DNA of 63,978 nt, filler included, from Stramenopiles sp. TOSAG23-2 (Eukaryota), in NCBI GenBank assembly GCA_900128395.1. It is 3 parts of 3 records of this genome, joined end to end, with 100 filler letters (N's around TTAATTAATTAA, not from the genome) between each part and the next. Parts side by side here need not be neighbours in the genome. Positions count along the whole stretch, not along the records: positions 21,921 to 43,738 come from LT649528.1; positions 43,839 to 63,978 come from LT649562.1; 1 more part is not named here. One strand, 5' to 3'. The notes below the pieces were generated by a model, which was not told the origin of the DNA, searched no databases, and worked only from the letters and a program-made list of their open reading frames with translations. Within the stretch, counting starts at the first letter, position 1. Every line of letters begins with the position of its first letter. The position numbers were made by a program, and so were the translations under genes. Positions 34,052-44,381 of the stretch are shown piece by piece.

Positions 34052-35623
34052 ATGGTAAAAAAAAATAAAAAATGTGAACCTTCATCAAATAATAATAATA
34101 AGAAAAAAATAACGTCAAACCCAACAACAAAGCGAAAACGAAAGCAACGTACTAAAACCAATTCAAGAAAGACCAAGACAAAGAAAGATGGTACTGATCA
34201 CCACAATATTAGTGAAAATATTAACGATTTTGAATATGTGAATAAAAATGTAACAGTTAAAAAGATTATGGAAGATAACGTAAACATATTGAATTTACAG
34301 TCGAATAACAATAAGAAAGATGAAAAAGATGAAAGCAATAATAAGAAAGCAATAATTAGAACAAAAGCATTTGCAGAGAATCATGCACAATATTTGCATG
34401 TAGAAAACGGATATCGTGTGGATTATACACTTTCGCAAAGTGTATGGTCTATATTCCAAATCCATAATGAAACAGTCAACGTTTGGGTGCATATGTTAGG
34501 TGCTTGTATTTTTTTGTATTTTTTATTAAGTATTGGTACATTAAAAAATTTAAACAATAATAATAATAATAACAACATATTTGTAGCACTGGCGGAAACA
34601 ACAACGATTGTTGAAAATAATGCGGATTCGCTATATATGCAAATTGAGATGGCAAGGGCCGGTTCCTATAAAGTAGCCATGGAACGATTTCGTTTGGCAC
34701 AGATAACCATGGAAGCTAAAAAAAGGCAATTTTTAGATGCGGCAAAAGAATCATCAAATGCAATGAAACAAAAACTTTTTAATTTAAAATCTGCGTTTGA
34801 AGATTCATTGATGGAAATGGCATCTTCTGGGAAAAAATTGATTAAATTGCAAAGCGATGATAACGATTCGAAGGAAGGTAAATTATACGATGCAAGCGAA
34901 CGATTTGTACAGTCAATTGATCATGCACGAAAATTTGGTCGTGAATTGGTATTAGATACACACGAATATGTATTAGATAAAAATAGTATAGCATTATGGC
35001 CAATGTCCATTTTTATTATTACTGCAATATATTGCATGGCATGCTCATCAGTATACCATTTGTTTTCTTCCCTGGACGAAGCAACCGTGGATTATTATCG
35101 AAAATTAGATTTGGCTGGTATATCATTGCTTATATGCGGCTCTCCTTATCCGTATATTTATTATCACATTTGTTCGTTGAATTGGGTAATCTTTTATTTA
35201 ATCGGATTTACTGCCGTTTCATCATTCACATTTTCCTTTGCGTTTATTAAATATGAAAAAATTTTTGAAATACATCCTGAAACATTTCGTATTGTAAGGA
35301 CATTAGGCTATATTTTTAATGGTTTAATTTTTTTGATTCCAATTAGTCATATTACATATGGCCATTACAACTATAATGAACCGCTTGCATTGGATGTTTT
35401 GAAATTAATGATATATGAAGGTTTTATCTATGGAATCGGTAGTTTATTCTACGTGAAAGGATGGCCGGAGGTTTGGTCTAAAACTGGTCGGTTTGATATT
35501 TTCTTCAGTAGTCATCAAATATGGCATTTAACTGTTTTGATTGCATGTTGGGTACATTATATTGCGATGGTTCGTTTATATCGGTGGCGTCAAAACCATA
35601 CGTGTCCAATCGATTTATTATGA
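34052..35623 (+). CDS. PAQR/AdipoR (haemolysin III family) 7-TM protein
   Basis: GYR...SIFQIHNETVNVWVH, SSVYHLF, KLDLAGISLLICGS, PE...GRFDIFFSSHQIWH. Confidence 0.93.
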   Translation: MVKKNKKCEPSSNNNNKKKITSNPTTKRKRKQRTKTNSRKTKTKKDGTDHHNISENINDFEYVNKNVTVKKIMEDNVNILNLQSNNNKKDEKDESNNKKAIIRTKAFAENHAQYLHVENGYRVDYTLSQSVWSIFQIHNETVNVWVHMLGACIFLYFLLSIGTLKNLNNNNNNNNIFVALAETTTIVENNADSLYMQIEMARAGSYKVAMERFRLAQITMEAKKRQFLDAAKESSNAMKQKLFNLKSAFEDSLMEMASSGKKLIKLQSDDNDSKEGKLYDASERFVQSIDHARKFGRELVLDTHEYVLDKNSIALWPMSIFIITAIYCMACSSVYHLFSSLDEATVDYYRKLDLAGISLLICGSPYPYIYYHICSLNWVIFYLIGFTAVSSFTFSFAFIKYEKIFEIHPETFRIVRTLGYIFNGLIFLIPISHITYGHYNYNEPLALDVLKLMIYEGFIYGIGSLFYVKGWPEVWSKTGRFDIFFSSHQIWHLTVLIACWVHYIAMVRLYRWRQNHTCPIDLL

Positions 35624-36424
35624 GATACGTAACGTTTCGTATGAAATAAATCGAGTTTGAAAAAAGCAATATTACATTAAATTATAATATAAATATATAA
35701 ATATTTAATATTATATAATTTTGTACGAACGTACACATTATTAATGTGTACGAATATGATATGTATATGTACATGTATTAGATATAAAGCAACATATGAA
35801 CTTCCAATGCTCTCTATCATGCTCTTACAAAATATCTCTGTTTCTCATGGGACTATAATCAGACGGTCTACAATGATAAGTAAAGCAGTAGGGTTTCCGA
35901 ATTTTTTCATAAATAGTACAAAACAAGTTGTCCACAATATCTATTTGGATAAATTTCGGGACAAATAATCACACCTAAATTTAAAAAATATCCAATAAAA
36001 TAATAATAATACCAGGTAATATTAATAATACAAATAGAATAATTGTAATGCAACTAACATTATGGTATTAATATATATTATAATTACAACAAATTATAAT
36101 AATATATGTTACTCTTACAGTATAACAGAACAAGGATGATGGAGATAATAAACATCAATTAATTATTGACAACGTGTGATCTTATCATTATTCTAATTAT
36201 TGTATTATATTATTATTTAAATCTTTACGCGATAAATTTCACACACATTTATATAATATATATTATATATATATATATTGTTCTTATTTTTTTAGAGACC
36301 ACAACTGTTAATATATTAAAGATAGGTTATATAATTCAAGTTTTGTTGTGTTTGTTTAATATTGATAATATATTTTTTGTTCTTCTTGTTAAATTTTTGG
36401 GATATTAATTTTTTCATTTACAGA

Positions 36425-39400
36425 ATGAGTCAAAAGCAAAATGACAACTGGCATATTGACTTTGCATCAAAAGTACAAGAGAAATCGGATAGGAAAAAAG
36501 CAATATCTAGTAGTGGCACAAGTGGTAGTAAAACCTCAATAGATGATGAAGATGACCCGTTAACTAAAACGTTTCGTCGTAGAGATTTACGGAGAGAGTT
36601 GGCACAAGCACGCGGACGTATTGCAAATCCCAATGAGAGAATCCCACCAAAAGTTGGACCGGATGGAAGGCGTAGACCAAAACGGGCACCACCGCCAAAG
36701 AAACCGCCGCCACCTCAACAAAGCCCAATGAGCGATAGTCATGAATTTGGTGGCGATTTTGGTAGTAAAATGAATAGTGACAATAGAAGTAGGACAGGTG
36801 GTGGTAGTGTACGACCACCACCAAATAATCCTTTTCGTCCACCACGCGGGAAGCCACCTCCACCGAACTCACCGAATAGATATAATAAGAATAGCAACAA
36901 CAACAGTAGCAATGATAAATATGATGATAATAAAAATAAACATGGTAGAAGAAGAGTAGATCCGAATAAATTGAAACGTAGGCCACCACCTCGTGGCAAA
37001 ATACCACGACCCCGAGGAATAAATTCAAATAATCCTAGATCTGTCGATAATAGTGGCGGTGCGTCAACATCGCAATTAATTGCATTTGCTACAAGGCATC
37101 AAGCACAAATACAAAAGCAACAAACACATTATATACGTAAACCACCATCTGGACAGCCACCTCGACGAAAAACTGCTACAAGTAGAAACCCCAATGTTAA
37201 ACCACCTGTACCAAAAGGCTCGCCATTGCCAAAACATAAAAATGACAATAAAAATCCGAGACGTCCCCCAAGAGCTAGAAATAATCCAAATAGTAAAAAG
37301 CCACCACCTCCAAATGGACCACCCCCAAAAAGTGCAATTGAAGCAGGTATACGTGCTCGTTCAAGGCAAAATCCGTCCAATTTGTTTGAATTAGGTCCAA
37401 ACACTGTATATATAAGCGATGATGATGACGATACTGATAGCGACAGTGAAGAATACAAAAAGAAAATATTACGTCGACAGCAAGGACAGGCACAAATGCG
37501 GCGTCGCCCACCTGGTCATAAAAAAATGAATCCAAATCGCAATGATAATAATAATAATAACAAGAAGGATAGGAACAAGCACTATGGTCCAAGGGGTTAT
37601 AGCCAAAGCGATCATAGTGGCAATGAAAGCAGGCATCGCAACCATCGCAACGATGAGAGTAGTACTGTTGGTAAGAAAACAAGCGATATGTCCGATAGCG
37701 ATACGGATGGGGATGATGATACATTTTATGACGTTGAAGAAGATAAACGAGTAGATACGACAAAAAATGTAGTTGTTGAGAAGAAAAAAAAAGGTAGACC
37801 TAAATTAAGCATACAAGTAGCTGATTCAAATAAAGCTACTCCGCGAAAATCGAAAAAGATACCAATAGACGAAGGAAAAGTTAGCAACAATACAGCAGTG
37901 GTGGACGAAGGAAAAAGCCCGGATAATGCAGTAGTTAAAAGGAACAAGAAAAAGAAACGACCTAATTTAACAGTAATGGTTACAGATAGTAATCATGAAG
38001 CAGAGGATAGTAGCAACAATAATACGGCGGATAACCCATTTAGCGGTGTAGGTAATTTACAAATTAATGTCGACGACGGCACACAAAATTTCAACGAAAC
38101 GTACCATTTAAGCAATAGTGGTGCATTTAATGCAGAAGGATTTGTCATACGCGAAACTGGTATCGCAAAAGCCCCTAAAGATGGCAAGGATAGCAGCCGA
38201 ACAGATTGGTATAACGAGGAAGATGATGGGTCAGGTTATGGTAAAAATATACGCGCGGAAATGTTAAAATTGTGTGTCCTAGGACGTGGCGCTGGTGGTA
38301 TTGTATATAAAAGTTTGCACATGCCCACAATGCGCATTGTAGCTGTAAAAAATATTCCAGTATATGAGTCGGATAAAAGGCATCAGATGGTTCGTGAATT
38401 GAAAGCATTGTATCAAAACCTGGTTCCAATTAGCGGGGATGGATCAACAACTGCACGTGGTGGCATTAAACTTGGTCCATGTCCGCAAATTGTATCATTT
38501 CATGATGCATTTATCAATCCAGATGAAGGCAATATATCAATTGTATTGGAATATATGGATGGTGGATCGTTGCAAGATATTGTTGATACTGGTGGATGCC
38601 CGCAAGAGAGCGTCTTAGCAAATGTCTCATACCGAGTTTTAGTAGCGTTGGCATTTATTCATGATAAACATCAAATACATCGTGATATTAAACCTAGTAA
38701 TTTATTAATTAATCACAATGGGGAAGTGAAAGTAAGTGACTTCGGCATAGTGCGTGAAATGGAAAGTACAGTAGCAAAAGCAAATACGTTTGTTGGAACA
38801 CTGACCTATATGTCACCAGAACGTATCAGTGGCGAAGCTTATTCGTATGCATCCGATTTATGGTCATTTGGTTTATCAATATTAGCTGTTGCTCTAGGAA
38901 AGTATCCGTTAAATACGGAAGGTGGTTATTGGGGTTTATTGCATAATTTGAGAGATGAGCCTAGTCCGAAATTACCAGAAGATGAATTTTCCCCAGACTT
39001 TTGCGAATTTATCAATCTATGTTTACATAAAGATCCAAACGAACGCCCTACGTGCAGGGAATTGTTGGACCACCCATTTTTAGAAGGCTGCGCCGTTGCA
39101 ATGGAAGATCAAACACGGACTATACGGGAAAACATGCAAGCAGCACTAGAAGGTTTTGATGATGAAAATGGCGAAGATGAAGACATGATAAGTCAAGGAT
39201 CAGATACGGCTAGGACCGAGTTGGATGAATTATGTGAATTATCGATGAATCGCTTGTATGATTTGTGGTCAAAAGGCAAGGCAAAACAAGAGGAGGAGGA
39301 TAATAATGGTGAAGGAAAACGTAGTGGTAGCACTGTACCTAGCCAATTCCCACGTATTACTCGTTTAAAATTGGCAAATTTATCATTCCAACTTGGATTA

Positions 39401-39556
39401 AGTGTGAACGCAGTTGTACGTTGTTTTGAACGTAAATGGAGGGAATTAACAGGTGCTGGACATGAGACTGCAAGGCGCGCAAGTAGAGTTAAATTGAAAC
39501 CTGGGGAGCCCGATATGCTACGAGTCTTAGTAGCAGAAGGTGGAAGGAAGAAGTAA
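36425..39556 (+). CDS. MAP kinase kinase (STE7 family) with a long Pro/Arg-rich disordered N-terminus
   Basis: LGRGAGG, VAVK, EYMDGGSL, IHRDIKPSNLL, VSDFG, activation loop STVAKANTFVGT..YMSPERI. ATG at 36425. Confidence 0.93.
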   Translation: MSQKQNDNWHIDFASKVQEKSDRKKAISSSGTSGSKTSIDDEDDPLTKTFRRRDLRRELAQARGRIANPNERIPPKVGPDGRRRPKRAPPPKKPPPPQQSPMSDSHEFGGDFGSKMNSDNRSRTGGGSVRPPPNNPFRPPRGKPPPPNSPNRYNKNSNNNSSNDKYDDNKNKHGRRRVDPNKLKRRPPPRGKIPRPRGINSNNPRSVDNSGGASTSQLIAFATRHQAQIQKQQTHYIRKPPSGQPPRRKTATSRNPNVKPPVPKGSPLPKHKNDNKNPRRPPRARNNPNSKKPPPPNGPPPKSAIEAGIRARSRQNPSNLFELGPNTVYISDDDDDTDSDSEEYKKKILRRQQGQAQMRRRPPGHKKMNPNRNDNNNNNKKDRNKHYGPRGYSQSDHSGNESRHRNHRNDESSTVGKKTSDMSDSDTDGDDDTFYDVEEDKRVDTTKNVVVEKKKKGRPKLSIQVADSNKATPRKSKKIPIDEGKVSNNTAVVDEGKSPDNAVVKRNKKKKRPNLTVMVTDSNHEAEDSSNNNTADNPFSGVGNLQINVDDGTQNFNETYHLSNSGAFNAEGFVIRETGIAKAPKDGKDSSRTDWYNEEDDGSGYGKNIRAEMLKLCVLGRGAGGIVYKSLHMPTMRIVAVKNIPVYESDKRHQMVRELKALYQNLVPISGDGSTTARGGIKLGPCPQIVSFHDAFINPDEGNISIVLEYMDGGSLQDIVDTGGCPQESVLANVSYRVLVALAFIHDKHQIHRDIKPSNLLINHNGEVKVSDFGIVREMESTVAKANTFVGTLTYMSPERISGEAYSYASDLWSFGLSILAVALGKYPLNTEGGYWGLLHNLRDEPSPKLPEDEFSPDFCEFINLCLHKDPNERPTCRELLDHPFLEGCAVAMEDQTRTIRENMQAALEGFDDENGEDEDMISQGSDTARTELDELCELSMNRLYDLWSKGKAKQEEEDNNGEGKRSGSTVPSQFPRITRLKLANLSFQLGLSVNAVVRCFERKWRELTGAGHETARRASRVKLKPGEPDMLRVLVAEGGRKK

Positions 39557-39889
39557 ACTTGAGATGTGTTTACGTAGTGTTATTGTAAAAATAAAACATA
39601 AATGTGATTTGTGTATATTTTAAATAAAAAGATACGTTCGTACATTTGTACCATGTTTTGTAGAGGTACGGTATATAAAATATTAAATGATTTCGTGCTG
39701 TACTATATCATATATATTCATATATATATTCCAACATATGATATGATAGCCCAAGTAAAGGAGCTCGCAGCCTCTAATTGGATTTCTACTACTATGTCGA
39801 GATATTATACGACTCGTACGTACTTCGTACAAACTTGCGATTACTAAAACTTGCGCTTATAACAATCGTTTTGCTTTAAAATGTGCATT

Positions 39890-40050
39890 TGGTGAGTCGT
39901 ATAACGACTTGTACCCCGGTACAATTTATTGTCCGCCTTCCTATATGATGTTCGTTTTTCATCAACTGCTACGAGTAGTTGATACCATCTATTTACCTTC
40001 ATTGGTACGTATTCTCTATTATGGGAATATCAACACACTAGTGTAAGATC
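39890..40050. ncRNA. Candidate structured ncRNA, locus B (unidentified)
   Basis: Six to seven back-to-back inverted repeats between 39894 and 40044, several with G-U pairs on the + strand, next to the conserved block. Confidence 0.4.
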
Positions 40051-40059
40051 AGATTATTT

Positions 40060-40122
40060 CAGTTATTGTAATTCTTTGAAGAGTAGGAATTATCATGAGT
40101 AAATTAAAATAATAAATTATGC
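40060..40122. promoter_or_regulatory. Conserved ~65-bp block shared with 23051-23115
   Basis: See 23051-23115. Confidence 0.45.
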
Positions 40123-41603
40123 GTAAACTTAATTATATATATATATATATGATACTCTCGTGTACATTTTTTTATCTTTTAAAAATAATACGAAGTACGA
40201 CTCGTATCTCATATACGTGGGAATACCTCTATACAATATCAAACGCATTTTAAAAATATGATGTCTTTATCACACATGTATGTGTTGAAAATGCACATTT
40301 TTGTATTAAAAATGTAAAATTTGATGCTTTAAGCATATTTTATTTAACAAATTCGTATCGAATATCAATTTAATATCATATAATAACACATTTTTATGTT
40401 TTGATCACACTAAAAAGGGCGAATTGAATCCAACATATGTTAATAATGACTATTTTCCATTAATTTCTGAGCAAGGTGCAATTTTTTCCTATATTTTTTC
40501 AAATAAATAAATAAATCTTTGCAAAATTAATAAAAAAACTCAAAATTCTAAAACGAATGGGATTTTCTACAAATATTTTACAAACCAGTCCATCAAAAGA
40601 GTTTGTTGGAACCATTTAGTATACATTTTGAACCATATTGGGAGAGTCAATAGCTTGTATTTGATTTTTCATATGTTTCCACGGTAAATTGCGCAAAAAA
40701 AAAAAAACAAGGTGAGAGAAAGTTGCGTTCAGCACCATCATGTGTTGTTTGAACTAGTTTTTTCGCTTTTTCTCGAATAATTTCTACACTGACTTTAAAA
40801 TAACATACAGGTATTGCTTGTATGAGGATATACTTAATATACGTGGCTGAAAATCGCACCCAAGTACGTGTCTATTGCGGATATTACGAATAACTCATAT
40901 ATCCCAGCTAATCTTTAATTGACCCACGCAGAGCAACCAGAACCACCGAAGTTTGTGACAGACTCCAATTTCATCACTAATATCAACATTTAAACCGTTT
41001 GAACAAAGTAAAATCGAAATATAACATGTTGTAGACATACCTACAAGTCATACCGTTTCATCTTTGCCCACCATTTGTTGCGAAACGTGGTATTTGTATG
41101 CAGTGATCTCTAAATGTGTATTTTTAGCCTTTTCAAAGTTCGTTGATAAATTTATCGTTATATTTTTTCATCCGAATAAATTTAATTTGACTTGACGCAG
41201 ATAAAAATATTGATCATTTTACTGGTAGGCATGCAGGCTTGATAGTATACAATTTTAAAAATGTAATTTTAGAACTTTTTTTAAAAATGGGGAGAGTTTG
41301 CCAGGTTTGAACTCGATGAAAAAAAAGCATGCACATAGCAGGGCCTAAAATCATTGTTTTGATCATATTTTAGTACAATTTCTTCATGCTGTGTCCATGG
41401 TAAAACAAAGGAGTAGATTTTACTAGAATTTACGTGTACATTTACCTGCTATTTATATGCTATTTCGCCAATAATCGCATATAAAAACATATACATACAT
41501 ACAAAAACATATATATATCAACAGAAACATAGATAGACGGGATAGATAATAACAACAAAAACTAAACAGAAATTTATAAAAAACTTCTAAAAACATTACA
41601 AAT

Positions 41604-42438
41604 ATGCCAGCAAAAAAAGCAACACCAAAAGGTCCATCATACAAGTAAGTAAAACTTATACATAGAAAAAATTACGTATAAAATTTTTCACATTTTGCCT
41701 TCCGTGGCCATGAGCCAGACAAAACGCTCCTGACCCCCTCCATTTCCAACATCGAAGTTTGTATTTTCATAGATACATTCCTTCATTTACATGTAAGGCA
41801 TACTTGAAAGTCTTTCTTTCATCGTGCTTACGAAAGCGAAGAAGTTCGTTGCGTTAAAACGGTCGAATAGAAAGCGCTGCGTTGTAAAATGTGGAAACTG
41901 GATTCGGATGCTGTCAACTCCAACCCCCATGAGCTCGACCTCAAAACCACATATCACCTCAAAGTACAATTGTTCACTAACAACAAAAATATATATTCAT
42001 ATACATAACTATACCATCGCGTTACACAACAACAGAGACCAAATCAAAGCATGTATCCTTGCATTGAAAGAGCGTTCCGGTTCTAGTTTACAAGCAATCA
42101 AAAAATTCTTAGGTGCATCCCCAGCGCAATACCGTTTCATCAACGCAGCATTACGTTCAGGTGTAGCAAGTGGATTCTTTGTTAAAAACAAAGGTAAATA
42201 CAAGTTGAGCGCAGAAGCCAAAAAAGGTCCAAAGAAAAAGAAGAAAAAGAAGAAGAAGAAGAAAAAGAAGAAAAAGAAGAAGAAGAAAAAGAAAAAGAAG
42301 AAAAAGAAAAAGAAGAAAAAGAAAAAGAAAGCAAAGAAAAAGAAAGCAAAGAAAAAGAAGCCAGCAAAGAAAGCAAAAAAAGGCAAGAAAAAGTCAAAAG
42401 ACAAAAAAAAGAAGAAAGCTAAAAAAAGCAAAAAATAA
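41604..42438 (+). CDS. H1: Linker histone H1 (2 exons: 41604-41644, 42036-42438; 147 aa)
   Basis: MPAKKATPKGPSYK|DQIKACILALKERSGSSLQAIKKFL...ALRSGV..G.FVK.KGKYKL globular domain and Lys-rich tail. GTAAGT donor at 41645, CACTAAC branch site, CAG acceptor ending at 42035. Confidence 0.93.
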
Positions 42439-43738
42439 ATGATTTTGGTTTTATAAAGTCATTTATCGTTTTGCGATGCTTTACGTTTCAAAAGCCTCAG
42501 AATTCGTCCATGCATTCTTGCATTTGTTTTCTATCTCCGTGTAGATTGTAGCACGTTCACGTGTACATATTACAATATACATATTTGCATTGATGTGCAT
42601 TATGAAGTGTATTTTAAAATGTTACACATGTTTTGGAACATTTTAAATATAATACTTCATTTGGTATATCTTCAAGTGTGAATCGTCAATGTTGCAGATT
42701 ACATTTTATTTAATAAAAAAAGAAAAAATAGTTTAATAATCGAGCAATGGGTAGAGTGTGTTTAAATTGTTTTAAATATATTTTAGAAATTGTTGTTTAT
42801 TACTTTTGCGTGTATATATACTTCGTATATTTTTTTTTTGTGTCTCTTTTCAGAATACTTTCATTTCTCCGTAAAGCAAAATTTATTCGTTTTTTTTCAC
42901 CTAAGTTGAACCGCGGAAAGTTCTTTAATATTTTTATTTTGTCTAATATTTTTCAAGTACAAATATAGGTAAATCAATACATTTATAACTATAAATATCT
43001 ATATTATTTTTAAAATGGTTATATATTTAGTATTACACAGCATATATTAAAAATTAGTCTAGTAAAATGTATGCCTACCAATCTGGGCAAGTTTCTCAAT
43101 GTTTTGTTTGTTTTTTTTTGTTTACATTTCATTGTGCGTGCCAGCGGGGTGAAATGGTGTTTGAAAATTAGTGTTATGCCCTTGCTATTTCAAATGCTTT
43201 TTTCATCACGAGATACTCTACGATGGAAACACCACTGTTTTAACTTATCTCATCAATTCACCAAAAAATAAAACAGCACAGTATTGACCTTTAGCTATTT
43301 GATATACGCACGAGGAGTGGAATTAATGTAGGTAAAAAAAGATAGGGTATTATGAGTTTATCAGGTTAGTAAACTTTCGGTTCTAATATGTACTTTTATG
43401 GATTTTTATTCCTGATATAATGGTAATAATGGTAATAATGGTAATTTATAAGTTGGTGTTACCACAATCTACCAGGGCACAGGCGCATTCCACTGGCCTG
43501 GCTGGCCCACAGCATTATGATTTTTTAAAGTTATCATCAACTCATACATCATAAATACATAAATACTACACCTCGACAGCATAAGGCCTGTGCTGTGGGC
43601 CAGGAGAGAAAAGCCCCTGGAAAGCACACTGGCACATCTCAGTATACCAGTATACCAGTAGACGACTAGCAGTGGTGCAGTATTCTTACACACTATGAAA
43701 CATTTTGACGCTTGTATCCCTTGCTGTGTCAATGCTAT

Positions 43739-43838
43739 NNNNNNNNNNNNNNNNNNNNNNNNNNNNNNNNNNNNNNNNNNNNTTAATTAATTAANNNNNN
43801 NNNNNNNNNNNNNNNNNNNNNNNNNNNNNNNNNNNNNN
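43739..43838. other. Artificial contig linker
   Basis: 100-nt N run with a central TTAATTAATTAA. Confidence 0.98.
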
Positions 43839-43848
43839 AACAAATTTG

Positions 43849-43890
43849 TACCGAAAATTTACGACTGGCCGGCACACTAAAAATTATATC
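43849..43890 (+). repeat. 42-bp dispersed element, copy 3
   Basis: Exact reverse complement of 11443-11484. Confidence 0.9.
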
Positions 43891-44099
43891 AGGTCTCCAT
43901 ACTTTTATGAATTATTATATTAGATACAAAATATAATATATATATATTAATAGGAGAATGGATATTATATAGAAACAAAAGAAATAGATTTTAAAGGTAA
44001 ATAATAAGAATATCATATTATTATATATTTATATATACATATTTATATATACATATTTCAGAAGCAGGTATAAAAATAGCTTCATCTTCTAACTATACA

Positions 44100-44381
44100 T
44101 ATATATATCATCTTTTTTAAAAAAATATGGCAACTATTGAGGAACTCGAAGAGCAGGTCAAAGCACAAGGTGAAGTGGTAAAAGCAGCAAAAGCAGCTGA
44201 TAAAACATCAGATGAAACAAAAGCTGCTATTGCAAAATTATATATATATCATCTTTTTTAAAAAAATATGGCAACTATTGAGGAACTCGAAGAGCAGGTC
44301 AAAGCACAAGGTGAAGTGGTAAAAGCAGCAAAAGCAGCTGATAAAACATCAGATGAAACAAAAGCTGCTATTGCAAAATTA
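44100..44381 (+). repeat. 141-bp direct tandem duplication of the AspRS 5' end
   Basis: 44100-44240 equals 44241-44381. It includes the ATG and the first 38 codons. Confidence 0.95.

Noticed and set aside
40540-41100. Possible decayed coding sequence on the minus strand
   Set aside because: Some protein-like stretches are broken by stops and a homopolymer, but I recognise no family to support a pseudogene call.
41293-41315. B-box-like GGTTTGAACTC suggesting a tRNA or SINE
   Set aside because: No cloverleaf or A-box could be built.
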